Shown: positions 13,733 through 26,067 of the stretch, piece after piece
Position numbering within the stretch: the first letter of the stretch is position 1
Layout of the letters: each line of letters opens with the position of its first letter
DNA from: Scenedesmus sp. PABB004
Lineage: Eukaryota
Direction of reading: 5' to 3'
NCBI GenBank assembly: GCA_014905635.1
Contig: CM026547.1
Coordinates: forward strand, 2,852,001 to 2,916,000
DNA: 64,000 nucleotides
Notes under the pieces: model-generated
The model's input: only the letters and a program-made list of their open reading frames with translations
The model's database searches: none
Told to the model about the DNA's origin: nothing
Made by a program: the position numbers and the translations under genes

Positions 13733-13821
13733 TGCACACCAGCTCTGCACACCAGCTCTGCACACCAGCTCTGCACACCAGCTCTGCACACCAGCTCTGC
13801 ACACCAGCTCTGCACACCAGC
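13733..13821. repeat. 13-bp minisatellite (TGCACACCAGCTC) x6 plus one partial copy
   Basis: Perfect tandem copies read directly; lies between the convergent MAM33 and kinase 3' ends. Confidence 0.97.
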
Positions 13822-13892
13822 CCACCAGCTCACCATGGTGCTGGCCAGCACTTGCCTCGGCCGCCGGCAGCGCCGCACCAGCACCCCCGCGC

Positions 13893-16380
13893 TCACAGCA
13901 GCAGCCCCGGCGCCGCGCGCCGCCGCTTGGCCTGGGCCCAGAGCGGCAGCAGCTCTGGCGACTCGCCACCCGCCTCGCGCTCGCCGGCCGAGCTCATGAT
14001 GCAGCTGCCCCCGGCCGCCGCACCGTCGCAGGAGAGCGCTGCGCCCTCGCCGGCAGCGACGCTGCTACCGCTGTCCGTGGCGAGCGCGGCCGGCGCCTGC
14101 TGCGGCAGCGGGCGCTTGGGCGCCCGCCGCTCAGTTGGCGGCGACACCGGCGGCGACGCCGGCGCCGGCGCCGCGCGGGGCAGCACCGCGGACGCCGCCT
14201 CGCGCAGCTGCGCCAGCAGGGAGGCCGCCACCGACGCGAGGTCGAAGCGCGCGCCGCTGGCCGGCCAGCCCGCGTAGCGCCGGCGCCGCGGCGCGCGGCT
14301 GGGCGGCGCGCCGCTCGTGCCCGACTCCAGCACCTCCTGCAGCCACGCGTAGTCTGCGGGCGGTGGGGCCGCGGGGGCGGTGGGCCGGAGGGCATGGCAG
14401 CGCACAGCGCGCAGCGCGGCCCTGCGCGCACCCGGCACGTCCCAGGGCTCCAGGGAGGTGCAGTAGGCCTGGTAGGTGCGGACGTAGTCGGGGACCACGC
14501 CCTGCCCGCAGCACACGGTGTGGGTTGGGTGTGTGTGTGTGGGGGGGGGGGGGGGGGCGGCGCGGCGCGGCCGGCGGCCGGCGGGGCGCCGCGAGGCCCG
14601 CCGCCGCGACGCCGCACCTCGCGGCAGGCGCGCTGCCACGCGGCGGCCTTGAGCCGCGCCATGTCGAACAGCTTGGCGCTGCCCCAGCCGGCGGCCGCCT
14701 CGGACGCGGTCGTGAGCGCGCTGTTCCAGGGCAGGCGGCAGCCGGGCGCCTCCATCTCGGCCAGGCAGTACGCGAGCGCCTCGAGATCGTCGCGCGCCGT
14801 CTGCGGCAGCTGCTGCAGCGCCGCAATTGATGCATAGTTGGGTGTGCCTGCATAGTTGGGCGCGGCGCGGCAGGCGGGGGTGGGCCGCGCGCGGCGAGGC
14901 CGCGCGGGCAGCGGGCGCCGCGCAGCGGCGTGCGGGCGACGCGCACCCCAGAAGGACGCGCGCGGCGCCTTGTACTGCGTGAGGCAGTAGTGCCCTGCAC
15001 TCGGGGCGGGCGGGGCGGTTGGCGGCGGTGCGGCGGCGCGCGCCCGCCGGCCGGCGGCACACGCCCCGCGCCCCGCGCCGTGCGGCGCGCGCACCAAAGG
15101 CGGCGCGCGCGAAGCCGAGGTCAAGCGCGTACACGCCGCCGCCGTCGTCGCGGTCAAGGCAGAAGTTCTCGGTCTTGACGTCCCGGTGGATGATGCCCCT
15201 GGCGTGCAGCGCCGCCAGCGCCTGCGCCGGAGGGACGGCTGAGCCGCCGCGCCGCGCCGCGCCGCCGCGCCGCTGTGCCGCGCGGCGGGGCCCCGCCGCC
15301 CGCGCGCCGCGAGCGGGCGCCGCCGCGCGCCTGCAGCATGCCGACGGCGGCGCGCGCAATGAGCTCCCGGCTGGGCGGCACGTGCACGCTGAGCTTGATG
15401 GGCTCGCCCGTCTCCTCGTCGCACGCGACGCGCTCGGCGCGGCGGTGGCAGGCGGCCCAGACGCTGTCGCCCAGGCGCTGCATCGCTATGTACGACACCA
15501 GCACACACCCCCGCCCCGCGCCCGCGCCGCCGCGGCGGGGCATCAGGCGGTGCACGCCTTCGCGGCGCGGCGGGGCGGCGGCCGCCAGTGGCGCGCGCAG
15601 CACGCGGGCGCGCGTCGCTCGGCCGGCGGCGCGGCCTCAGCAGCGGTGCGGCCCCGCCCGCGGGCGGCACCGCGGTGCGGCGCGCGCACCCGCGGAGAAG
15701 ATCTGTGGGATGCCTGGCTGCGGCCGCGCGGCGCCGAGGCGCTCGTAGACGTCGAGCTCGTCCGCGAGGCTCTCGCTGAAGAGCTGCCCGCCGCCGCTCG
15801 TCGACACGCGCGCCTTGATGACCACCTGCGCACCGACCGGGGCCGGCGCTCGAAGCCTGCAGCTTGCAGGACGGGCGCGCGCGGCGGCGCGTGCGGCGGC
15901 GCACCTCCTTCAGCCCCTTGGTCAGGTCCCTGGCCACAAAGGCGGCGCCAAAGGAGCCCTGCGCGGGCGCGCGCGCGTGGGCCGGCCTGCTGGTGCGCAG
16001 GGCGCGCGGCGGCGCGCGGCGCGGCGCACCTTGCCGATGCGCGCGGCGATCTGGTAGCGGCCCTCGATGACCAGGCCCGCCCAGAGCTGCTCGTGCAGGG
16101 GCTGGCTGCCGAGGAAGTGGCGCTCGGGGTCATAGTCGGAGAGCGACAGCGCGCGCGCCTCCCACTGGCAGCCCAGCCCGTCGCCGGGGCCGCGCGGCGG
16201 CTCAGACGCGCAGGAGTCGGTGTCGGCCCCCGTGTCGGCGTCGTAGTGAGCGTAGTCGAGGGGCAGCGAGCCAAACGCGCCGCCGAGTTCGCAGGAGGCG
16301 CTGGCGCCCGCGGCCGCGTCGTCGCTGCTCGCCACGGCGTCGCAGCTCGCGCCCGGCTCGGCGCTCAGCAGCGACGCCAT
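13893..16380 (-). CDS. Divergent casein kinase 1-like Ser/Thr kinase (copy A)
   Basis: GRYQIAARIGK|GSFGAAF, VVIK, IHRDVKTENFCL, DLGFAR, GTPNYAS, RDDLEALAY: CK1-type motifs with no APE. Confidence 0.85.
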
Positions 16381-16990
16381 GGCGCGCGCGTCGCGTAGAA
16401 CCTGCAGGACCGGCGACCGGCGGCGGCGGGCGGGCTCAGCCGGCGGGACAGAGCAGCGGCGGGGCGGGGGCGGGGCGACAGCGGCGCGCGCGCGCGCAGC
16501 ACGGCCGGCGCCGCCCGTCCGGCGCAGCCGGGCGCCGGCAGGTGCCGCGCCGCGCCTCCCGTGCCTGGCCGCGTATGATACGCCCTGGGGCCAGCGTGCA
16601 GGCGGCCGCGGCGCCCGGGTCGCGCACCAGGGAGGGATGGATGGCGCGGCGCGCGCGGCGCCAGGCTGGGCGCAGGGCCCGCCGCAGGCCTGACGGCAGG
16701 GCGTGAAGACCGGCGTAGATGCGAAGGCTACGTTGAAGACCAGGAGGGCGGCCTTGTAGGCGCCGCACGCGCTGCTCAAACCCCGCAGCTGTCACTCCGC
16801 CCGCCCGCCCGCCCGCGGCTCTTGCGCCCCCCGCGCCGATATAAACGGTGCCATCAACGCCCTTGCACCCCGAACTCAGCGCCGCCAGCCCCACCGCGCG
16901 CTGGCCGGCCTGCGCCGCGCCGGCGACCTGCAGCACACGCCCGCCGCGGCTCGCAGCGCCACGCCCCAGGGCCGCCGCAGGCGCGTCACG

Positions 16991-19168
16991 ATGGTTTCGT
17001 CCGAAGGCGCCGCTCACGATCTCGCGGGGCAGCTCGCGGGCCTGCACCCGTGCATGCGGCAGCTCGTGCAGGCGCGCGCGCTGCTGGCCGGCCGCTTCCG
17101 CGTGGATGGCGTGCTCGACTGCGGCGGCTTCGCCACCGTGTTCCGCTGCACCGACACCAAGGCCGACAAGCAGGCGCGCGCTTCGCGCGCACCTGCACGG
17201 CGCCGGCGCGGCCGTGCCGCCGCGCGCCAGCTTGCAGGACGGCGCGCGCCGCGCACGCAGCAGCGCGTGGCGGCGGCAGGCGCGCGCCCGGCCTGCAGGG
17301 CGGCGCCAGCGCGCTCCACGCGCCCCGATGCAGCTGTCTGGGCACGCGCCCTGCCGCTCGCCGGGCCTCGGGCGCGCGCGGCGCGGGGGCGCGTCAGCAC
17401 CGCCGCCGCTCCCCCTCCCGCGCGCGCCCTCAGCGCCCGAGCGCCGCACCCGCCCGCCACACCCGCCCGCTGCCGTCGCCGCCGCCGCGGGCGCCGCGGG
17501 CGCGCGCGCGCGCAGGTGGTGGCCAAGGTGATGCTGGACATGGAGGTCGACGGCGCGCCGAGCGCGGAGCAGGTGCGGACGTACCAGGCGGGCATGAAGC
17601 ACGAGCACAAGGCCTACAAGGCGCTCAAGGGCGACGCGCCCGCCATGCCGCACGGCATCCCCGCGACCTACATCTCAGGCGTGCTGCGCGCCGCGCCGCC
17701 GCGCCGCGCTGCGCAGGGCGGCGGCGGCGGCGCGGCGCAGGGCAGGCGAGCCACGCGCGCCGCCGCCGCGCCGTGCCGCGCCGCGCCGCGCCGCGCCGCG
17801 CAGGCATCATGAAGGCCGCCGACGTGGCCGTGCCGTCGCGGCAGTACTACCTGAGCTTCATGGTCATGCAGCTGCTCGGGCCCTGCGTCGGCGCGCTCTC
17901 CACCGGCGCGCAGGCGTACAGGCACAACAAGCCGCTCCTGGTCAACCACGCGCTCTGCATGCTCAAGGCGCGCCAGGGCGCGCCGCGCCGCGCCGCGCCG
18001 CACTGGCCCGGGGCGCGCCGCGCCGCTCTCGACGCTCGCCCGCGGCCGGCCGCGCGCCGCGCCGCGCCGCGCCGCGCCGCGCCGGGGCGCAGTCGCTGCA
18101 GTCGCTGCACGCCGCGGGGTTCATCCACCGCGACGTCAAGCCCGACAACTTCTGCCTGCCCGCCGGCCACGACGCGTGCGCGCCCGCGCGCGCCGAGGTG
18201 GTGTACCTGCTCGACCTCGGCATGGCCATGCCCTGGCGCCACAGCGGTGGGCCCGCCCTGCGCGCGGCGCGGCGGCCGGCGCGCCGCCTGGGGCGGGGCG
18301 CGGCGGCTTGCAGGACAGCGGGCGACGCGCGCGGCGCGGCGCGCCGCCGCCGCCCCCGCCGCCAGGGTTCAGCTGGGAGGCGCGAGACTACACCTTCTGG
18401 GGCACCGTGGACTACAGCAGCGTGCGCGAGCTGCAGGGCTGCCACCCCACGCCGCGGGAGGACCTGGAAGGCCTGGCCTGCACCCTGCTGGAGATGGCCA
18501 CGGGTGCGCCGCGCCGCGCCGCACTGCCGCGCCGTCGCCGCCGCGCCCTGCGACGCGCCGGCGCTTGCCAGGCCGGGTGCCATTCGACCTGCTGCACGCG
18601 TCCGAGGAGGGCCAGCCGCTGCAGCAGGACCGGCTGCGGCAGATGGCGGTGCAGAAGGAGCGGCAGTGGGCCAAGCTGCTCGCCGACGTGCGCACGCGCG
18701 CGGCGGCCCGGCGGCAGAAGCTGGCTGGCTGCTCGCCGCCAAGCCGCGCGCGCCGCCGCCGCCGCCCGCCGCCGCCGCCGCCCGCCGCCGCCGCCGCCGC
18801 AGCCCGACACGCCCACCTTTGTGAAGCGCTGGATGCGGCACCTGCGCAGCCTGCCGCCGCGCGTCGTCCCGGGCGACGCCGACTACGAGGCGCTGCGCGC
18901 CATCCTCGCCTCGGCGCTGGCGGGCCCCACCTCGTCGGCCTGGAGCAGCGCCGCCGCGCTGCAGCAGCAGGGCGGCGCGCGGGGCGGCAAGCGCGGCGCG
19001 CCCGAGCCGTCGCGCGCGAGCAACGGGCTCAGCACCATGTCTGACACCGCGACCGCCGCGACGGCGGTGCAGTCCAAGCGCTTCCGCCTGCACGAGGCGG
19101 CGGGCGATGACGACGACGAGCTCAGCATGGCCTGCGGCATCACGCTCGCCGCCAGCCCGGGCGCATGA
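16991..19168 (+). CDS. Divergent casein kinase 1-like Ser/Thr kinase (copy B)
   Basis: GRFRVDGVLDCGGFATVF, VVAK, MVMQLLGP, IHRDVKPDNFCL, LLDLGMA, GTVDYSS, REDLEGLAC. Confidence 0.85.
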
Positions 19169-19400
19169 GCGGCGGTGCGGCGCGCCCGCCGGCGCCGGCA
19201 TGCGCCGGCAGCCCTGGCGGGCACACGAGCTGGGAGGTGGGCCAGGCAGTCGCGCCAGGTGGCGGCGCCGGCGGGAGGGGGCTGTTGCGCCGTGAACGGC
19301 TGACCACAAGCAGCGCTCCGCCCACCTGGGCCGGCCGGCGTTGCCGCGAGGGAGGGCTGACTCGTGATCCGGGCGGGGCGCTCGGCGGGGGCCAGGCAGG

Positions 19401-19405
19401 TTACA
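19401..19405 (-). promoter_or_regulatory. Putative TGTAA polyadenylation signal
   Basis: TTACA on + strand, 35 nt past the stop of the minus-strand gene ending at 19440; TGTAA is the known chlorophyte near-upstream element. Confidence 0.6.
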
Positions 19406-19439
19406 GCGTGCGCGCGCGCCGCCCCGCCCCGCCGCGGCG

Positions 19440-20129
19440 TCACGGGCCGTGCGCCAGCGCGCTCACCGCCGCCAGGCCGCCCAGCACGGCGCCGGTCGCG
19501 ACGATGGGGTTGTCCAGCGACCAGAAGGCTGGCTGCCTGTCGTCACCCTCCGCCGCCTCGCCCGCCGGCGCCGGCGCTGGCGCCGGCGCCGGCGCCGCGC
19601 CCTGCTGCGGGTCGCCGCCGCCGGCGCCGGCGCGCTTGGCCGCCGCGGCGGCCGCGAGCTGCTGGCGGCGCTCCAGCTGTCGCAGCCAGTCGGTGTAGAA
19701 CCAGCGCTCGAGCGGGCGGTCGCGCGAGGCCTGCAGCTCGTTGAGGAACTCGTTTAGCTCCCCCGTGCGCTTGTCCCGCGCCAGCGTGCGCCGCGCCGAG
19801 GGCACGAGCACAAACCACCAGTACAGTCCCGCGCCGCCGCACGCGGCGAGCACGAGCAGCTGGGCCGCGAGCACCGCGCCGTCGACGCGCGGCTCGAAGA
19901 CGGCCGGCGCGGCGGCCGCCGCTGCAGCCACAGCGCTGCCCGCGTCCGGCAGGGCCGCGCGGCAGGCGCTGCAGCGCCGCTGCTGCGCCGGCCAGGGCCG
20001 CGCGCCGCTGGCCACGGGTCGCCGCTGGCGGAGCCACTCGCGCGCGACCGGCGCCGCGGCGGCGCTTCCCCTCACGCGTGGCACGTGCCCAGCGCTGCGG
20101 CCTGCCGAGGCCTGGAGGGGCGCCGCCAT
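19440..20129 (-). CDS. Uncharacterised, probably plastid-targeted protein with two hydrophobic segments (single exon)
   Basis: Transit-like N-terminus MAAPLQASAG..., TM1 VLAAQLLVLAACGGAGLYWWFVLV, protein-like RPLERWFYTDWL, and FWSLDNP followed by TM2. Confidence 0.7.
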   Translation of the reverse strand: MAAPLQASAGRSAGHVPRVRGSAAAAPVAREWLRQRRPVASGARPWPAQQRRCSACRAALPDAGSAVAAAAAAAPAVFEPRVDGAVLAAQLLVLAACGGAGLYWWFVLVPSARRTLARDKRTGELNEFLNELQASRDRPLERWFYTDWLRQLERRQQLAAAAAAKRAGAGGGDPQQGAAPAPAPAPAPAGEAAEGDDRQPAFWSLDNPIVATGAVLGGLAAVSALAHGP

Positions 20130-20509
20130 CGCACGGGCGGCTGCGGACGAGGCGGCGACCGCTGCGCCGGCGGCGGCAGCGGCGCGTGCTGACGGCGGCG
20201 AGACGTGCGCGCGCTTGAAAAGGCGTAGGAGGCGCGAATGTAGCGCGGGAGCGGCGGCGTTGCGCGGCCTGGGCGGCGTCGCGCGGGGCGCGGCACCGCG
20301 GCGGCCGCGGCGCGGCGGTTGAGCCGCGATGCCGAGGAGGCTCGCCCTGCCTCCCGGCGCCGCCCACGACGCACCCACACCACGCACCTGCCCGCCGCGC
20401 GCTCCCGGCGCGCACCGCCGCCGCCAACCGCAACAGCTGAACAGCGGCCGCGCCGCCGCGCTGCATGGAGGTGTGAGCCGCCGCCCTGGGGCCTGCCGGC
20501 GTGGAGGCC

Positions 20510-22618
20510 ATGGAGGAGGGCGACTGCCCCATCGCGGAGGCGCAGCGGCGCGACCTGGAGGCGCGGCTGGTTGAGAACTTTTACGCGCTGCTGTTCCACC
20601 GCGAGGTGCGCCGCCGGCGCTGTCCCGGGCGGTGTCTGCGCGCCCAGCAGATGGCGGGGTGGCCGGCTGGCGGGCGTGCGGCCGCGCCCGCACCGCGGCG
20701 GCGGCGGCGCGGTGCCCGACGCAGCGCGCCGCCGCTCCGCCCGCGCGCCGCGCCGGCGCCAGGGCTACCGCCCCAGCGACGTGCCGCTGGAGGTGGCCGA
20801 GGAGATGGCGTTCATGGTGGAGGCGCGGGCCTGCTCGCACGTGGTGCGGCGCAGCGGCGCGCCGGCGCTGGCGCGCGCAGCAGCTCGCCGCGCCGCCGGC
20901 GCGCCTCCAACGCGCACCCACCCCCCCTCCCGCAGATGCGCGCGGCGGAGCTGGGCCTGAGCAGCCAGGCGGTGCTGCAGGCGTACGCCAAGGAGGCGTC
21001 GGCGCTGCTGCTGGCCGAGGTGGAGAAGCACTGCCTGCCGCTCGCGTCGGACGACGCCGCCGCGCCGCGCCGCGCCGCGGGGCAGCAGCCCCGCCCCAGC
21101 GCGCAGGTGGACCCGCAGCAGCTCTCGCTCAACGAGATCAGCGGCGGCCTGCGCAGCATCCAGACCGCGCCCACGACCGCGCAGCGCCCGGGCCGCGGCC
21201 GCGACGCGGCGTGGGGCTGGCTCGTGCCGGGTGGGTGCGCGGCGCGGGCGCGCGCGGGCGGGGCGCGGGGCGGGGCGGGGCAGACGGGCGGGGCGCGCCC
21301 CTCCTCGCGGCCGCGCCCGGCCGCCGCCGCCGGCCGCCGACCGCCGCCGGCGCGCGCGCGTGCAGGCTCGCGCGTGCTGCCGTACGTGGTGCTCAAGGGC
21401 GCGGGCGTCGCGATCGGGCGCGGCAAGGAGGCGCTCTGGGCGGTCGGCAGCGGCGGCAGCGCCGCGACGCCGCGCTCGGCGCTCGCGGGCGGCGGCGACC
21501 GCCAGCTGGGCGAGGTGCTGAAGCGCAACCTGGGGTTTGTCGAGGTCGCGGACGGCCGCGTGAGCCGGCTGCACTGCGTCATCAGCCTCGGCGCCGGCGG
21601 CGAGGCCGGCGGCGGCGGCGCGGTGCTGGAGGACTGCAGCAGCAACGGGACCTTCCTGAACCACAGCAAGCTCTCGCGCGGCGAGGTCGTGCCGCTGGTC
21701 GAGGGCGACCGCATCAGCCTCGTGCTCAGCGTCGCGCCGCTGGTGGAGCAGTTTTTCGTCTTCCGGGCGGGCGACCCGCGCGACCACGACGCCGCGGCGA
21801 GCGACGAGCAGAGCTGGGTCGGCTCCGCGCACAGCACGACCGGCGTCTTCTCGCCCGGCGCGGTGCACAGCGCGAGGTGCGCGGCCGGGCGCCGGCGCTC
21901 GCACCGCGGTGGCGGCGGCCGCAGCCCTGGCCCGCGCGCTCGCTGCGCGCGCGCACGGCCCTCTCTGCTGCGAGCCGCGCCGCTGCCGCCGCCACCGCCT
22001 CCGCCGCCGCAGCCCCGCCGGCGGCGCGCCCGCGTCGGCCATCTCCCGCACCGCCACCAGCCGCTACACCACGGCAGAGCAGTCGACGCTGGAGGACCTC
22101 AAGTGCCAGATCTGCCTCAACACGCTGAAGCAGTGCGTCGCGCTGGAGCCGTGCGGGCACAACTTTTGCGCGACCTGCCTCAGCCACCACCTCGGCAACC
22201 AGCTGCAGAGCGGGCTGCAGCTCTCCTGCCCCTTCAGGTGCGCCCGCGGCCCGCCAGGGCCACGGCGAGCCCCTCGCTGCCTCGGGGGCACAGCGGGGGC
22301 CGTCGCGCGCCGCGGGCTGACCGAGGTGCCGCCGCTGCCGCGGGCAGGTGCCCGCCGCCCGAGCGCATCATCATAAACTACGCTGTGCGCGCCTTGATTG
22401 ACCTGCTCGGAAGCAGCGGCCGCCAGCTGCACGCGTACCACCAGGCCGGCCGTGGCGGCGGCGCGGCGGCGGCCGCGGCCACGCGCGGCGCGCGCGGCGG
22501 GCGCGGGCTGCTGGGCGCGTTTGGGCCGGCTGCTGGCAGCACGAGCAGCCTGTCGGGCCTGGGCGGCACGGCGTCGCCGATGCTCAGCCCGGCGCAGGCA
22601 AACGGCGGCGGCGAGCAG

Positions 22619-22680
<62 letters not shown>

Positions 22681-23640
22681 GCCGGGCGGGCAGCCCGGCA
22701 GCGGCAACGGCGGCAGCGGCATGCCGCGCGCGGCGAGCGCCGCCTCGGCGAGCAGCTTCGACGCAGCGGCCGCGCTCGCGAGCGGGGTCGGGCCGGGCGC
22801 GGCGCTGCCGCTGCCGGGTCTGAGCGAGGCAGGCGGCCGCGGCCGGCAGCAGCGACCGGGCGACGCCTCGCGATCAGGTGAGCGCGCAGGCCCGCTGCTG
22901 GCGCCTGCCCTGGCCGCGCGTTGCCGCGGCCGCTGGCCCGCTGACGCCGTGCCGCCGGCCGCCGCACGCAGACATGGCGCGCGCCGAGTCGCTGGACCCC
23001 GACTACTTCACGCAGAGCATGAGCCTGCTGTGCCCGCTGGACGACGAGCACCTGCCCATGGAGGCAGCAAACCTCAAGACGCGCCAGGCGCGGCGCGCGC
23101 CGTGCGGCGCGCGAGCGGCGAGGGGCGCGCGCGCGGCGCCGGCCGCCCGCTCAGGGCGCCGCCACCGCCGCGCCGCAGGTCGAGGTCGCGCTGTCGCAGC
23201 TCAAGGTCGCGTCGCTGGGCGCGGAGGAGCACCTGGTGTGCCTGGAGGCGCTCGCGCGGCTGGCGTGGTCGGACGACGCGGTGCGCGAGGTCATCGCGTC
23301 GAGCGGCGGCGTGCGCGCGCTGGTCGACGCGATGACCCTGCACGCGCGCAGCGACGCGGTGCAGTGCCACGGTTGCCTCGCGCTCATGAGCCTCGTGCGC
23401 GGCGAGGGCGAGGTGTGCCAGAGCAACCAGTGGCACATCGCCAAGGCGGGAGCGATCGAGGCCATCGCGGCGGCGATGCAGGCGTTTGCCGGCAGCAGCA
23501 TGGTGCAGCTCAGCGTGCTGCTCTGCCTCATCCCGCTGGCCCTGGAGAACGCGATGATGCAGGCCCACGTCACGCAGGCGCGCCGCGCCGCGCGGCACCG
23601 TGCGGCACCGCGCGGCGGCGGCTGCGTGAGCACGCACGCA

Positions 23641-23671
<31 letters not shown>

Positions 23672-24594
23672 TGCGCTCTGCGCCGCGCCGCGCAGGAGTG
23701 CCTGTCCCACATCATCGCCGCGCTGGACCGCCACCCCGACGAGGTGGACATCCAGACCAAGGGCCTGGTGCTGCTGGGCGTGCTCATCCAGGCACGCCGG
23801 CCCGCGCCCCCGCGCCCCCGCGCGCCGCGCTCGTGCCAAGCCGCCCCGCTCGTGCCAAGCCGCCCCGCGGCGCGCGGCGCCGCTGAGGCCCGCGCGCGCG
23901 TCCGCCGCGCGCCCTGGTGGCACCCGCAGGGGGACGACGCGGTGCACGACGCGGTGCGCGTGCGCGAGCTCGAGGCGGGCGTGCCGCGCCGCGTCGTGGC
24001 CGCGCTGCGCGCGCACGGCGGCAACGACGACGTGCTCTGGGCGGCCCTGTTTGTGCTTGCGGTGCTCGTGCGCGACAGCAGCTGCGCGTTCGACCGCGCG
24101 ACGGCCGCGCTCGCGTGGGCGGGCGTGCTGCCGGTGCGCGCGCGCCGACGGCTGGCGGGGCGCGGCGCCGCCGCGCGGCGCGCCCCGCCCACGCGCACGC
24201 GCACGCGCCGCCGCGGTGGCCGCCGCAGGTGCTGCGCAGCGCGGTGGGCGCGTACCGGTCGGCGCATGAGGCCGCCGCGCTGGAGCCGGACGAGATGATC
24301 GTGAGCGCGGGGGACTACCTCGTGTCGGTGCTCGCGCCCGTGCACGCCGCGCTGAACCGCCGCAAGCTCGCGCTCGGCGCGGCGGGCGCGCTCGCGCTCG
24401 GCGCCGGCGCCGGCATCCTCGCGCACCGCCTCTGGCGCGGCGGGGACGGCGGCGGCGGGGACGGCGGCGGCGGCGGCGGCAGCGTGCGCGGCGGCGGCGG
24501 CGGCGGCGGAGGCTGGGCCGGCGCGGCGGGCGGCAGCAGCACAGCGGCACCGGGGGCGCTGGTCATGTCGGCGCTGCCGGCGGCGGGGCGTTGA
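20510..24594 (+). CDS. FHA + RING E3 ligase-like protein with polyQ, ARM-like repeats and a C-terminal hydrophobic segment
   Basis: FHA motifs IGR, VSRLHC, LEDCSSNGTFLN, LVEGDRI. C3HC4 RING CQICLNTLKQCVALEPCGHNFCATC...CPFRC. ARM-like SGGVRALVDAM...VQCHGCLALMSL, AGAIEAIAAAM. Tail LALGAAGALALGAGAGILAHRLW. Confidence 0.8.
22622..22678 (+). repeat. (CAG)19 coding microsatellite, polyQ
   Basis: Counted directly. Confidence 0.95.
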
Positions 24595-24749
24595 GTCGGG
24601 CGCAGAGGGCTTTGCTCATCGGGTCGGACTTGCGCGGTGAGACATCTGCGCAACACCTGGGTCGGCTTGTAGCTGCAAGCGGCCAGGACTCTGCCGCCGC
24701 CGCCGCCTGTTCGTGCGCTGCAGTTTGGCTGTTGCTCGAGTTGCCCCAG

Positions 24750-26067
24750 CTACGCGCCAGCTGCCGACGGCACGAGCGCCGCCGGCGCCACGCTCGCTGC
24801 GTCGCCAGCCAGCTTGGCCACGGGGCGGCGCTCGTCCAGCAGCACCTGCAGGTCCGCGCAGCTCGCCTGGTCGCTGGCGCGCGCCACGTCGCCGCCTGCA
24901 GGCGCCGCCCCCGCCGCCAGCGGCGCGCCCACTGCCGCCAGCTGCGGCAGCGCGGCCAGCACGGTGTGTCGCACGAGCGCCGCGACGGCCTCGCACTGGC
25001 GCTCCTCCATGCAAAAGGCGTGGCTGAGCCTGTCGTGCGCGTGCACCTCCGTGTCCGGCAGCTCGCTGCGCAGCTGCTCTACGTGGTGGTCGGGCAGCCA
25101 CATGTCGCGCGGCGCGCACACCACCGCCGCGCGGGCGCCCAGGCGGCGGAGCGGCTCCCAGTCGACCGGGCGGTCCAGGTCCCTGGGGGGGCCGCGGCCG
25201 CGCGCGACACGGCGACGCGTCAGGGCGGCGGCGGCCGCCGGGGCGGAGCGCGCGGGGCGGAGCGCGCGGGGCCCGCGCCGCGGGCTGCTCGCCGCACCGG
25301 AACTCGTGCGCTGCGAGGTGGAACGCGTTGTGCACGACGCCGCGCGCCATCAGCTGCCTGATGCTGTCCGCCGCGTGCGCCTCGACGCCCGGCTGCGTCA
25401 GCGCCAGCAGCGCGCGCTGCGCCCAGGCCGGCGCGGCGCCGACGGCGCCCGCGGCCGCCGCCAGGCGCGGCGCGTGCGCCGAGAGCCAGCGCAGCAGCCG
25501 CTGCCGGCGGGAGCCCCAGTCGGTGGCCAGGAACGGCATCAGCAGCACCACCTGCGCGGCGCGCAGGCGGCGACGCCCCTGCTCAGCGCGGGCTGCAGCG
25601 CGGCTGCCAGCAGGCCGGCGGCGGGCCCTCGGCGCGGCATCTCTCGCCTTTGGGAGGCGTGCCGGGTCGGCGCCCTGCGCCTCGGCGCGGCGGATGGCCT
25701 CCAGCATCATGAACGCGCCGATGCTGTGCCCCAGCACGACCGCCGGCGGCCGCCCCGGCGCGAGGACGTGCTGGCGCAGCAGCGCCACCTTGTGCTCGAT
25801 CTGGGCGTCCAGGCAGAACGCCGCGCCGTCCCCAGCGAGGCCCGCGCCGTCGTGGCCCAGGTGGCTGACCGCCTCGACGTCGGCGGCGCCCCCAAACGCG
25901 GCGTGCAGGCGGCGCAGCAGCACGCCGTAGAACGACGCCAGCCCCGGGTTGCCGGGCACGACCAGCAGCTGCAGCGCCGCGGCGCCGGCGCTCGCGGGGA
26001 GGCGCAGCAGCTCGGTGGGCGCCGGCACGCCGGCCAGCGCGAGCGTGGCGCGCGCCAGCGCCGGCAT
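24750..26067 (-). CDS. Lipid droplet-associated hydrolase (LDAH/DUF2305 alpha/beta hydrolase)
   Basis: VVPGNPGLASFY, nucleophile elbow GHSIG, LLMPF, DMWLP, SHAFC. Confidence 0.85.

Noticed and set aside
13733..13821. Possible CRISPR array
   Set aside because: Direct tandem copies with no spacers, no cas genes, and a eukaryotic context.
20465..20476. Tiny upstream ORF ATG GAG GTG TGA before the FHA-RING gene
   Set aside because: Cannot be told apart from chance or an alternative first exon without transcript data.
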